The notes below the pieces were generated by a model. The model was not told the origin of the DNA. It was given only the letters and a program-made list of their open reading frames with translations, and did no database searches. The position numbers and the translations under genes were made by a program. DNA of 64,000 nucleotides from Lytechinus pictus (lineage: Eukaryota): the NCBI RefSeq assembly GCF_037042905.1, contig NC_087248.1, positions 9,672,001 to 9,736,000 on the forward strand, written 5' to 3'. Positions 25,173 to 37,262 of the stretch are shown in pieces (the stretch's first letter is position 1; every line of letters starts with the position of its first letter).

Positions 25173-27369
25173 CAGGGGCGGATCCAGCCTTCGCCAATAG
25201 GAGGGGGGCGGAAATTTGTTTCAGCCATATTTTCCCCAATCGGCAGCTCGAAGATGATTTGTTTGTTTCTTTGAAGGGGTAGTCCTCATTAGTCACTTCT
25301 TAGCTTTATTCTTATGAATTCATATATAATATCATAATCCTTATTTATATGATGCGAGCGCGAGCTAATTTTTTGGAAATGTTATGTATTTTTTCCTAAA
25401 ATTTGAACATTGTGGGCAATGTTTGTTATCCTGAAAAAAATACTACGAACGCAAAGCGCGAGCAGAAATGAACTGATGGAAAAGATACCTGTTAAAGACT
25501 GCGTGCAGTTAGCATTTAATAATCAAATAATGCGAGCGCGAAGCGCGAGCTGATTTTTTTTTACATTTTCACCTAAAGAATATAAATTCTAAGCGCTTTT
25601 TGTAACTCAAGCAGAATAGGTATATAAGTAGACAATTGATGCGAGCGCGAAGAGCGAGCGGAAAATTTCGAGATTTAGTCCTATAATATATACTGAACGA
25701 GACACTCTATTCATGTTTTGTAAATCATGAAAAGGATGAGTATTAATAATGCGAGCGCAAAGCGCGAGCAGAAAATTTGTATATACGATTTGAACTGGTA
25801 CCTGTTGAAAAGGTACCTGTTAAGGACTGCTTGCACTTAGCCATGAAGGCGTTACATATTTCAACAATAAAAAAAACGCGAGCGCGAAGCGCGAGCTGAA
25901 AATTTTTGAAAATTTCTAAAGAAAGAATGGAAAATTTTAATCAAATTTTGTAATCGTGAACAGGGTAGCTATATAATTCAACAATTGATGCGAGCGCGAA
26001 GCGCGAGCAGAAAAAAAATCGAGATTTAGACCTAAAAATGGGCCACTCTGTTCATGTTTTGTAAACAGCCATAGGCTGATCGAGGGCTTTTTACCGTGTT
26101 TAAATAAAATAAATCAATCAAAATCAATGTTTTGTAAATCATGAAAAGGATGAGTTATAGGGGGTCTTCCTACATTAATAATGCGACCACAAAGCGCTAG
26201 CAGAAAATTTTGAATATTGTGATCTGAAACTGGATAATGATTTAAATAGAGAACAAGTTGAGTATTTGAATAAACATGCGCGCGCGTGTTTCATATTTAG
26301 ACCTAGAATCTAGGCAGTCTAAATACATCTTTAATCATGAAAATCATGAAACTTTGATATTCCGATCTGAAAAAAGAGTCAATTACAGCTTTATATTTCA
26401 AGCATTTTGTAGAAAAATTGTAAGATGGATATGGATCGCACTTTAAAAAAAGAGCTAAAATTTTCATTATTATTACTTTGAGTTTTGACATAGGACAGGG
26501 ACATCCTTATGACATGTAATGAAAATGATGACTATCTTCCTATTCCTCTTGCTAAGCGCGAGATGAAACAAAAGGGACAATTTAACTATTAAATCAATAT
26601 CATATTTATTAATGCCTAATGAGGGCGCGAAATCTGATGATATTATGGCATAAGAACTGGACATTTCACTTTTGTAATTATGAATAGGATGCATCAGTTA
26701 ATATATTTTTAACCATTAATGCGAGCGCAAATCGCGAGCTAAAACTTTTGATAAACTGTCATGTAAAGGGGATTTTAAGTAGTTTGTTGCATAATCAATA
26801 TTGAAACATACTTAACTCGCCAATCAAAATGCCAGCCTGCAGCGCTAGCTGATACGTCTTGACAATCAGACCTGAAAAGGGATATTTTGAAAACTTTATG
26901 GAATACACGAAAATAATAGGTACCTGATAAATCAAAATTTGCGAGTGCGCAGCGCAAGCAGCAAATGTTGATAAAAATATTTAAACCATTAAACTGACAT
27001 TTTTACAGAGCACTTTTTAAAAATCAATTTGTTAATCACACAAAATAATGAAAGTTCGATTTCCGAGGTGAAATATGTTTTGTATATTGACTTACAAACT
27101 TGATATTTGAGCTCCATATTGAACAAGATATGTAAATCACCTAACAGGCAATGCGAGCGTGAAGCGCGAGCGAAAATTTTATATAGTGGCACGAAAGATT
27201 CTTTTTATTTTCCAAGTCTTCCCCTCATCTTATTTTATGCACTCGTCGTCCTTCTTTTCTTTTCCTCCTCTCTTTTCCATCTTTTTTCCTTCCTTCTTTC
27301 TTTCCCTTTTTTCTTTTTTGCTCCGCCAATAGGGGGGGGGGGCCCTAGGTCCCCCTAGATCCGCCTATG
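25173..27369. mobile_element. Nested TIR element with internal ATGCGAGCGCGAAGCGCGAGC repeats
   Basis: TIR caggggcggatc / gatccgcctatg; GGGACA duplicated on both sides. Confidence 0.65.
26066..26126 (+). mobile_element. Extremely 5'-truncated LINE 3' tail insertion
   Basis: Resembles the reverse complement of 17487-17548; 12-bp TSD ATGTTTTGTAAA (26054-26065, 26127-26138). Confidence 0.75.
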
Positions 27370-28710
27370 GGGACAAGGGCGGGAAAATTTGACAAGCAAA
27401 AAAAAGGTTATCATCCCAAAAGTACGGTCATCTCGTCCCAACTCGTCCCAAAATACATGTTTTATTTCGATTCAGAATAATGCATTTCTTACCATCATAA
27501 AAGACAAAAAATATTAGGGGGGACAATTGATATTGTGTCCCCCCCTACTATTTTGAGTAGGGGGGACACGTCCCCCCTGGGATTTCCGCCCATGGTAGTA
27601 CGGCGGTCATAAAGGCCGTAACAACAGCAAAAACACATTCAACAGGTTATATAAAAACGAGGGTCGTTGCTATGTCAGTAAATATGTTGCCGTTTTAGGC
27701 ATCATTGAGCCCCTCCACCTGCTCGATATAAATTACCACGTGTATTAGGATAGTCTTTATACAAATACCCTTTCATAAAACAAGATGAAATAAACTGAGA
27801 ATTTTTCATAAAGATTTTTTTGGGGGTCAATCAATTTTAATAAAAAAAAAAAAACTTGGAAGCAAAATATAATCATTTGATTCCTTTGCAAGTGTTAATT
27901 TGTACGATGAATGGGGGAAGAGAAGCGGAAAATTGGTTATCATCCTCGAGTGTAATGGTCAGACTACATGATCAGAATGTTGTATCATGGGAACCACAGG
28001 AACTACATCAGTTTAGGTCATGGGCTGGCGCTGTTCAATTTTAATTTCGTACATTGGGTTTAAATGGTATAAGAAACTCCATGGGTATGATATAATCATT
28101 CCATACATCGTATATCGGTTAACAGATGGCATTGGTCCTTATGAAGTCTCAATGTTAATTGTGTTACAATTATAATCAACCATCTTTACCTTGCTTGATA
28201 CTTTCACAATTCATTCATTCAACCTAATTCATATTGATTATATGATTGAAGTTGGTTAAAATATGTACTTAATAACTACTGGTAAAAAAAAAAACATGTA
28301 TGCAAAATGAACTGGGAGTATAGGGTCATTATTTTATAACAAATTCAAGAATACTTTGTATTTTTTCTTTTATTGTTATTTAGTAATGTATACATTTCAT
28401 ATTTTACAAGGATATTTATTTATGCTTATCTACGGAAATCTGTATCATTTATTATTGTTTGTATTGGGTTGTTGATATTTGAAAATGTAGAATGTTGACA
28501 TGAATAAACCTTGAAATTTGAAGCTTCTATATTAATTGTCTTAACCACCGGTCAGGAAGTTTTTAATGAACCTTTGAGATGGTACGAACATATTATGAGA
28601 GTGTACAATGAGATTCCATAATGATGATGATTTCAACTAGAAATCATTATAAATTATTCATTATAAATATGCTTTCAAATCTTTAAACAATTTTTTAATG
28701 AGCCGTCAAA

Positions 28711-28783
28711 GCCCGGTTAGCTCAGTCGGTATAGCATCAGACTTTTAATCTGAGGGTCGCGGGTTCGAGTCCCTCATCGGGCG
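28711..28783 (+). tRNA. trnK: tRNA-Lys(TTT), G22>T
   Basis: Array copy; D-stem mismatch. Confidence 0.75.
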
Positions 28784-29185
28784 ATGGTAACCATTTTCAT
28801 GAAAGTTATGATATAAGCCCTTTACGTTTTTGACATATAAATGTAATCTACATTTTATTTACACAATGCAAAACTTCCAAATGCCTTATCTTTTTCGATA
28901 TCGAATCTTGATAAATGTTTGTATATTTCATTCTAAAAATTCGGCTCAACTCATTATTCAAAATATAATAATTATTACTGGAGATTTAATAATTGAGAGG
29001 CTCTGTATTTAATATTCCATGAACGAAATTTGTTTTTAAATGAAACAATCTATCTCTATCTTAGATTTAGAGGTTAATTTTGCGATGAAATATAAAAAAA
29101 ACTAAGAAAATGTGAACTAATTAATCAAGGACATCATTAGATCACTTATTAGATTTTAATTCATGTTGATACACAACAAACTCAA

Positions 29186-29258
29186 GCCCGGTTAGCTCAG
29201 TCGGTAGAGCATCAGACTTTTAAGCTGAGGGTCGCAGGTTCGAGTCCCTCATCGGGCG
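29186..29258 (+). tRNA. trnK: tRNA-Lys(TTT), T39>G G51>A (possible pseudogene)
   Basis: Array copy; stem mismatches. Confidence 0.65.
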
Positions 29259-29652
29259 ATGGTAAGTATTTTTTTCTTTACGAAGAGCATGCTAGAACTT
29301 TGAAAGCCTTTTGAGTTTTTGACATCTAAACATAGTCATTATAAATTTTGAGCTTTCTTATTGCAAAAACTCTAATAATTAGCCTCAACTTTTGTATACG
29401 AAATGTTTAAAACATTATAAAAATGAAATACCAAATAATTAACATTAATGTATATAGAATTGTTGAATGACAAGTCTAAATAAATACATGCAATTTCTAT
29501 TGTTCATAGAAGAGTTAAAACATGTTTTGATTATCGATAGTATTTGAGATGAAATGTTTCAAAACATTAAGAGTTTGTGAACTAATATCTTAATGACATA
29601 ATCGGCTCTATTATCTGAATTGGATCCAGTTAAAATGTATACATATCTACAA

Positions 29653-29725
29653 GCCCGGTTAGCTCAGTCGGTAGAGCATCAGACTTTTAATCTGAGGGTC
29701 GCGGGTTCGAGTCCCTCGTCGGGCG
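29653..29725 (+). tRNA. trnK: tRNA-Lys(TTT), A66>G
   Basis: Array copy. Confidence 0.85.
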
Positions 29726-30109
29726 ATGGTTACCATTTTCATGATAGTTATGATACAAGCCTTTTACGTTTTTGACATCTAAATATAATCTTCATTTTAT
29801 TTATACAAAGTAAAACTTTCAAATGCCTTATCTTTTTCGATATCAAATCTTGATGAAAATAATGTTCATATATTTCATTCTAAGAATTCGCCTCAACTCA
29901 TTATTTGAATTATGAAAGTTATTGTTTGAGATTTAATGACTGAGAGGCTCTTTATTTAATGTTCCATGAACAAATGTTATTTTCATGAAACATCCGATCG
30001 CTATTTTATATTTCATAGGTAAGTTTTGCGATTAAATAAAAAAAAGGAAGTGTCAACTTATTAGCTCACTAATTAGAATTTGAGTCATGTTAATACACAA
30101 CTATCTCAA

Positions 30110-30182
30110 GCCCGGTTAGTTCAGTCGGTAGAGCATCAGACTTTTAAGCTGAGGGTCGCAGGTTCGAGTCCCTCATCGGGCG
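30110..30182 (+). tRNA. trnK: tRNA-Lys(TTT), C11>T T39>G G51>A (possible pseudogene)
   Basis: Array copy; stem mismatches. Confidence 0.6.
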
Positions 30183-30597
30183 ATGGTTAGTATTTTTTCT
30201 TTACGAAGATCATGCTAGAACTTTGAAAGCCTTTTGAGTTTTTGACATCTAAACATAGTCATTATAAATTTTGAGCTTTCTTATTGCAAAAACTCTAATA
30301 ATTAGCCTCAACTTTTGTATACGAAATGTTTAAAACATTATAAAAATGACATACCAAATAATTAACATTAATGTATATAGAATTTATAATTGAGAAGATC
30401 TTTGTTGAATGACAAGTCTAAATAAATACATGCAATTACTATTGTTCATAGAAGAGTTAAAACATGTTTTGATTATCGATAGTATTTGAGATGAAATGTT
30501 TCAAAACATTAAGAGTTTGTGAACGAATTTATTAATGACATAATCGGCTCACTTATCTGAATTCGATCCAGTTAAAATGTATAAATATCTACAACAA

Positions 30598-30670
30598 GCC
30601 CGGTTAGCTCAGTCGGTAGAGCATCAGACTTTTAATCTGAGGGTCGCGGGTTCGAGTCCCTCATCGGGCG
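30598..30670 (+). tRNA. trnK: tRNA-Lys(TTT)
   Basis: Array consensus. Confidence 0.92.
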
Positions 30671-31052
30671 ATGGTTACCATTTTCATGAAAGTTATGATA
30701 CAAGCCTTTTACGTTTTTGACATCTAAATCTAATCTTCATTTCATTTATAAAATGTAAAACTTTCAAATGCCTTATCTTTTTCGATATCAAATCTTGATG
30801 AAAATAATGTTCATATATTTCATTCTAAGAATTCGCCTTAACTCATTATTTGAATTATGATAGTTATTGTTTGAGATTTAATGACTGAGAGGCTCTTTAT
30901 TTAATGTTCCATGAACAAATTTCATTTTTATGAATCAATCGATCGCTATTTTAGATTTCATATGTAAGTTTTGCGATTAAATTTTAAAAAAGGTGAGAAC
31001 TCATTAGCTCACTAATTAGAATTTGAGTCATGTTAATACACAACTAACTCAA

Positions 31053-31125
31053 GCCCGGTTAGCTCAGTCGGTAGAGCATCAGACTCTTAATCTGAGGGTC
31101 GCGGGTTCGAGTCCCTCATCGGGTG
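31053..31125 (+). tRNA. trnK: tRNA-Lys(CTT), C72>T
   Basis: Loop CTCTTAA. Confidence 0.85.
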
Positions 31126-31527
31126 ATGTTTACCATTTTCATGAAAGTCATGATACAAGCCTTTTAAGTTTTTGACATCTAAATGTAATCTACATTTTAT
31201 TTACGCAATGCAAAACTTTAAAATGCCTTATCTTTTTCGATATCGAATCTTGATAAATGTTTGTATATTTCATTCTAAAAATTCGGCTCAACTCATTATT
31301 TAAAACATAATAATTATTACTGGAGATTTAATAATTGAGAGGCTCTGTATTTAATGTTCTATGAACAAAATTTGTTCTTTCATGAAACAATCTATCTCTA
31401 TCTTAGATTTGTAGGTAAATTTTGCGATGAAAAATAAAAAAAACTAAGAAAATGTGAACTAAATAATCAAGGACATCCTTAGATCACTTATTAGAATTTG
31501 AGTCATGTTGATACACAACTATCTCAA

Positions 31528-31600
31528 GCCCGGTTAGTTCAGTCGGTAGAGCATCAGACTTTTAATCTGAGGGTCGCAGGTTCGAGTCCCTCATCGGGCG
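31528..31600 (+). tRNA. trnK: tRNA-Lys(TTT), C11>T G51>A
   Basis: Array copy. Confidence 0.7.
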
Positions 31601-32015
31601 ATGGTTAGTATTTTTTCTTTACGAAGATCATGCTAGAACTTTGAAAGCCTTTTGAGTTTTTGACATCTAAACATAGTCATTATAAATTTTGAGCTTTCTT
31701 ATTGCAAAAACTCTAATAATTAGCCTCAACTTTTGTATACGAAATGTTTAAAACATTATAAAAATGACACACCAAATAATTAACATTAATGTATATAGAA
31801 TTTATAATTGAGAAGATCTTTGTTGAATGACAAGTCAAAATAAATACATGCAATTACTATTGTTCATAGAAGAGTTAAAACATGTTTTGATTATCGATAG
31901 TATTTGAGATGAAATGTTTCAAAACATTAAGAGTTTGTGAACGAATTTATTAATGACATAATCGGCTCACTTATCTGAATTCGATCCAGTTAAAATGTAT
32001 AAATATCTACAACAA

Positions 32016-32088
32016 GCCCGGTTAGCTCAGTCGGTAGAGCATCAGACTTTTAATCTGAGGGCCGCGGGTTCGAGTCCCTCATCGGGCG
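32016..32088 (+). tRNA. trnK: tRNA-Lys(TTT), T47>C
   Basis: Array copy. Confidence 0.88.
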
Positions 32089-32470
32089 ATGGTTACCATT
32101 TTCATGAAAGTTATGATACAAGCCTTTTACGTTTTTGACATCTAAATCTAATCTTCATTTCATTTATAAAATGTAAAACTTTCAAATGCCTTATCTTTTT
32201 CGATATCAAATCTTGATGAAAATAATGTTCATATATTTCATTCTAAGAATTCGCCTTAACTCATTATTTGAATTATGATAGTTATTGTTTGAGATTTAAT
32301 GACTGAGAGGCTCTTTATTTAATGTTCCATGAACAAATTTCATTTTTATGAATCAATCGATCGCTATTTTAGATTTCATATGTAAGTTTTGCGATTAAAT
32401 TTTAAAAAAGGTGAGAACTCATTAGCTCACTAATTAGAATTTGAGTCATGTTAATACACAACTAACTCAA

Positions 32471-32543
32471 GCCCGGTTAGCTCAGTCGGTAGAGCATCAG
32501 ACTCTTAATCTGAGGGTCGCGGGTTCGAGTCCCTCATCGGGTG
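32471..32543 (+). tRNA. trnK: tRNA-Lys(CTT), C72>T
   Basis: Loop CTCTTAA. Confidence 0.85.
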
Positions 32544-32945
32544 ATGTTTACCATTTTCATGAAAGTCATGATACAAGCCTTTTAAGTTTTTGACATCTAA
32601 ATGTAATCTACATTTTATTTACGCAATGCAAAACTTTAAAATGCCTTATCTTTTTCGATATCGAATCTTGATAAATGTTTGTATATTTCATTCTAAAAAT
32701 TCGGCTCAACTTATTATTTAAAACATAATAATTATTACTGGAGATTTAATAATTGAGAGGCTCTGTATTTAATGTTCCATGAACAAAATTTGTTCTTTCA
32801 TGAAACAATCTATCTCTATCTTAGATTTGTAGGTAAATTTTGCGATGAAAAATAAAAAAAACTAAGAAAATGTGCACTAAATAATCAAGGACATCCTTAG
32901 ATCACTTATTAGAATTTGAGTCATGTTGATACACAACTATCTCAA

Positions 32946-33018
32946 GCCCGGTTAGTTCAGTCGGTAGAGCATCAGACTTTTAATCTGAGGGTCGCAGGTT
33001 CGAGTCCCTCATCGGGCG
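32946..33018 (+). tRNA. trnK: tRNA-Lys(TTT), C11>T G51>A
   Basis: Array copy. Confidence 0.7.
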
Positions 33019-33433
33019 ATGGTTAGTATTTTTTCTTTACGAAGATCATGCTAGAACTTTGAAAGCCTTTTGAGTTTTTGACATCTAAACATAGTCATTA
33101 TAAATTTTGAGCTTTCTTATTGCAAAAACTCTAATAATTAGCCTCAACTTTTGTATACGAAATGTTTAAAACATTATAAAAATGACACACCAAATAATTA
33201 ACATTAATGTATATAGAATTTATAATTGAGAAGATCTTTGTTGAATGACAAGTCTAAATAAATACATGCAATTACTATTGTTCATAGAAGAGTTAAAACA
33301 TGTTTTGATTATCGATAGTATTTGAGATGAAATGTTTCAAAACATTAAGAGTTTGTGAACGAATTTATTAATGACATAATCGGCTCACTTATCTGAATTC
33401 GATCCAGTTAAAATGTATAAATATCTACAACAA

Positions 33434-33506
33434 GCCCGGTTAGCTCAGTCGGTAGAGCATCAGACTTTTAATCTGAGGGTCGCGGGTTCGAGTCCCTCAT
33501 CGGGCG
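33434..33506 (+). tRNA. trnK: tRNA-Lys(TTT)
   Basis: Array consensus. Confidence 0.92.
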
Positions 33507-33892
33507 ATGGTTACCATTTTCATGAAAGTTATGATACAAGCCTTTTACGTTTTTGACATCTAAATCTAATCTTCATTTCATTTATAAAATGTAAAACTTT
33601 CAAATGCCTTATCTTTTTCGATATCAAATCTTGATGAAAATAATGTTCATATATTTCATTCTAAGAATTCGCCTTAACTCATTATTTGAATTATGATAGT
33701 TATTGTTTGAGATTTAATGACTGAGAGGCTCTTTATTTAATGTTCCATGAACAAATTTCATTTTTATGAATCAATCGATCGCTATTTTAGATTTCATAGG
33801 TAAGTTTTGCGATTAAATAAAAAAAAAAGGAAGTGTCAACTTATTAGCTCACTAATTAGAATTTGAGTCATGTTAATACACAACTAACGCAA

Positions 33893-33965
33893 GCCCGGTT
33901 AGCTCAGTCGGTAGAGCATCAGACTCTTAATCTGAGGGTCGCGGGTTCGAGTCCCTCATCGGGCG
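33893..33965 (+). tRNA. trnK: tRNA-Lys(CTT)
   Basis: Consensus body, CTT anticodon. Confidence 0.9.
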
Positions 33966-34347
33966 ATGGTTACCATTTTCATGAAAGTTATGATACAAGC
34001 CTTTTACGTTTTTGACATCTAAATCTAATCTTCATTTCATTTATAAAATGTAAAACTTTCAAATGCCTTATCTTTTTCGATATCAAATCTTGATGAAAAT
34101 AATGTTCATATAATTCATTCTAAGAATTCGCCTTAACTCATTATTTGAATTATGAAAGTTATTGTTTGAGATTTAATGACTGAGAGGCTCTTTATTTAAT
34201 ATTCCATGAACAAATTTCATTTTTATGAATCAATCGATCGCTATTTTAGATTTCATATGTAAGTTTTGCGATTAAATTTAAAAAAAGGTGAGAACTCATT
34301 AGCTCACTAATTAGAATTTGAGTCATGTTAATACACAACTAACTCAA

Positions 34348-34414
34348 GCCCGGTTAGCTCAGTCGGTAGAGCATCAGACTCTTAATCTGAGGGTCGCGGG
34401 TTCGAGTCCCTCAT
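34348..34414 (+). pseudogene. tRNA-Lys(CTT) pseudogene, 3' CGGGCG deleted
   Basis: ccctcat|atgttt; acceptor stem lost. Confidence 0.85.
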
Positions 34415-34816
34415 ATGTTTACCATTTTCATGAAAGTCATGATACAAGCCTTTTACGTTTTTGACATCTAAATGTAATCTACATTTTATTTACGCAATGC
34501 AAAACTTTAAAATGCCTTATCTTTTTCGATATCGAATCTTGATAAATGTTTGTATATTTCATTCTAAAAATTCGGCTCAACTCATTATTTAAAACATAAT
34601 AATTATTACTGGAGATTTAATAATTGAGAGGCTCTGTATTTAATGTTCCATGAACAAAATTTGTTCTTTCATGAAACAATCTATCTCTATCTTAGATTTG
34701 TAGGTAAATTTTGCGATGAAATATAAAAAAAACTAAGAAAATGTGAACTAATTAATCAAGGACATCCTTAGATCACTTATTAGAATTTGAGTCATGTTGA
34801 TACATAATTATCTCAA

Positions 34817-34889
34817 GCCCGGTTAGCTCAGTCGGTAGAGCCTCAGAATTTTAAACTGAGGGTCGCGGGTTCGAGTCCCTCATCGGGCG
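34817..34889 (+). tRNA. trnK: tRNA-Lys(TTT) variant A26>C C32>A T39>A (possible pseudogene)
   Basis: gagcctcagaattttaaactga. Confidence 0.6.
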
Positions 34890-35306
34890 ATGGTTAGAAT
34901 TTTTTTTCTTTACGAAGAGCATGCTAGAACTTTGAAAGCCTTTTGAGTTTTTGACATCTAAACAAGTCATTATAAATTTTGAGCTTTCTTATTGCAAAAA
35001 CTCTAATAATTAGCCTCAACTTTTGTATACGAAATGTTTAAAGCATTATAAAAATGAGATACCAAAATAATTACCATTAATGTATATAGAATTTATAATT
35101 AAGAAGATCTTTGTTGAATGACAAGTCTAAATAAATACATGCAATTTCTATTGTTCATAGAAGAGTTAAAACATGTTTTGATTATCGATAGTATTTGAGA
35201 TGAAATGTTTCAAAACGTTAAGAGTTTGTGAACTAATTACTTAATGACATAATCGGCTCTATTATCTAAATAAGATCCAGTTAAAATGTATACATATCTA
35301 CAACAA

Positions 35307-35379
35307 GCCCGGTTAGCTCAGTCGGTAGAGCATCAGACTTTTAATCTGAGGGTCGCGGGTTCGAGTCCTTCATCGGGCG
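35307..35379 (+). tRNA. trnK: tRNA-Lys(TTT), C63>T
   Basis: Array copy. Confidence 0.82.
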
Positions 35380-35781
35380 ATGGTTACCATTTTCATGAAA
35401 GTCATGATACAAGCCTCTTATGTTTTTGACATCTAAAGGTAATCTACATTTTATTTACGCAATGCAAAATTTTCAAATGCCTTATCTTTTTCGATATCGA
35501 ATCTTCATAAATGTTTGTATATTTTATTCTCAAAATTCGGCTCAACTCATTATTTAAAACATAATAATTATTACTGGAGATCTAATAATTGAGAGGCTCT
35601 GTATTTAATGCTCCATGAACAAAATTTGTTCTTTTATGAATTAATCGATCGCTATTGTAGATTTCATAGGTAAATTTTGCGATGAAATTTAAAAAAACTA
35701 AGAAAATTTGAACTAATTAATCAAGGACATCATTAGATCACTTATTAGAATTTGAGTCATGTTGATACACAACTATCTCAA

Positions 35782-35848
35782 GACCGGTTAGCTCAGTCGG
35801 TAGAGCATCAGACTTTTAATCTGAGGGTCGCGGGTTCGAGTCCCTCAT
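35782..35848 (+). pseudogene. tRNA-Lys(TTT) pseudogene, C2>A, 3' CGGGCG deleted
   Basis: gaccgg...ccctcat|atg. Confidence 0.85.
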
Positions 35849-36233
35849 ATGTTTACCATTTTCATGAAAGTCATGATACAAGCCTTTTACGTTTTTGACA
35901 TCTAAATCTAATCTACATTTCATTTATACAATGCAAAACTTTCAAATGCCTTATATTTTTCGATATCAAATCTTGATGAAAATAATGTTCATATATTTCA
36001 TTCTAGGAATTCGCCTCAACTCATTATTTGAATTATGATAGTTATTGTTTGAGATTTCATGACTGAGAGGCTCTTTATTTAATGTTCCATGAACAAATGT
36101 TATTTTTCATAAATCAATCGATCGCTATTTTAGATTTTGTAGGTAAGTTTTGCGATTAAATATAAAAAAGGAAGTGTGAACTTATTAGCTCACTAATTAG
36201 AATTTGAGTCATGTTAATACACAACTAACATAA

Positions 36234-36306
36234 GCCCGGTTAGCTCAGTCGGTAGAGCATCAGACTTTTAATCTGAGGGTCGCGGGTTCGAGTCCCTCAT
36301 CGGGCG
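36234..36306 (+). tRNA. trnK: tRNA-Lys(TTT)
   Basis: Array consensus. Confidence 0.92.
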
Positions 36307-36724
36307 ATGTTTACCATTTTCATGACAGTTATGAAACAATGCAAAATTTTCAAAGGCCTTTTACTTATTTGACGTCTAAGTCTTATCTTCATAAATTTTG
36401 AACTTTATTGTAAAAACCTTGTTAATCAGCCTCAACTTATTTGTAATACGAATTGTTTAAAGTATTATAAATAATGAAATACCAAATAATTAACATTAAT
36501 GTATAAATTTTATAATTAAGAAGCTCTTCATTGAATGACATGTCTTAACAAATACATGCAATTTCTATTGTTCATAGAAGAGTTAAACCATGTCTTAGAT
36601 TATCGATAGTATTTGAGATGAAATGTTTCAAAACGTTAAGAGTTTGTGAACTAATTACTTAATGACATAATCGGCTCACTTATCTAAATTAGATCCAGTT
36701 AAAATGTATACATATCTACAACAA

Positions 36725-36797
36725 GCCCGGTTAGCTCAGTCGGTAGAGCATCAGACTTTTAATCTGAGGGTCGCGTGTTCGAGTCCCTCATCGGGCG
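36725..36797 (+). tRNA. trnK: tRNA-Lys(TTT), G52>T
   Basis: Array copy; T-stem mismatch. Confidence 0.7.
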
Positions 36798-37189
36798 ATG
36801 TTTACCATTTTCATGAAAGTCATGATACAAGTCTTTTACGTTTTGGACATCTAAATCTAATTTTAATCTAATCTACATTTTATTTATACAATGCAACATT
36901 TTCAAATGCCTTATCTTTTTCGATATAAAATCATGATGAAAATAATGTTCATATAATTCATTCTAAGAATTCGCCTCAACTCATTATTTGAATTATGATA
37001 GCTATTATATTAGATTTAATTACTGAGAGGCTCTTTATTTAATATTCCATGAACAAATTTTATGTTTTATGAATCAATCGATCGCTATTTTAGATTTCAT
37101 ATGTAAGTTTTGCGATTAAATATAAAAAAGTGAGAACTCATTACCTCACTAATTAGAATTTGAGTCATGTTAATACACTACTAACTCAA

Positions 37190-37262
37190 GCCCGGTTAGC
37201 TCAGTCGGTAGATCATCAGACTTTTAATCTGAGGGTCGCGGGTTCGAGTCCCTCATCGGGCG
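37190..37262 (+). tRNA. trnK: tRNA-Lys(TTT), G24>T
   Basis: Array copy; D-stem mismatch. Confidence 0.75.

Larger units (their letters stand above)
25136..27594. mobile_element. Non-autonomous DNA element with 8-bp TSD, hosting nested insertions
   Basis: GTAGTACG TSD at 25128-25135 and 27595-27602; TIR caggggcggaaatc / gatttccgcccatg. Confidence 0.75.

Noticed and set aside
24734-25282. Longest ORF (182 aa)
   Set aside because: Crosses the boundaries of unrelated repeat insertions; no transposase or other motif recognised.
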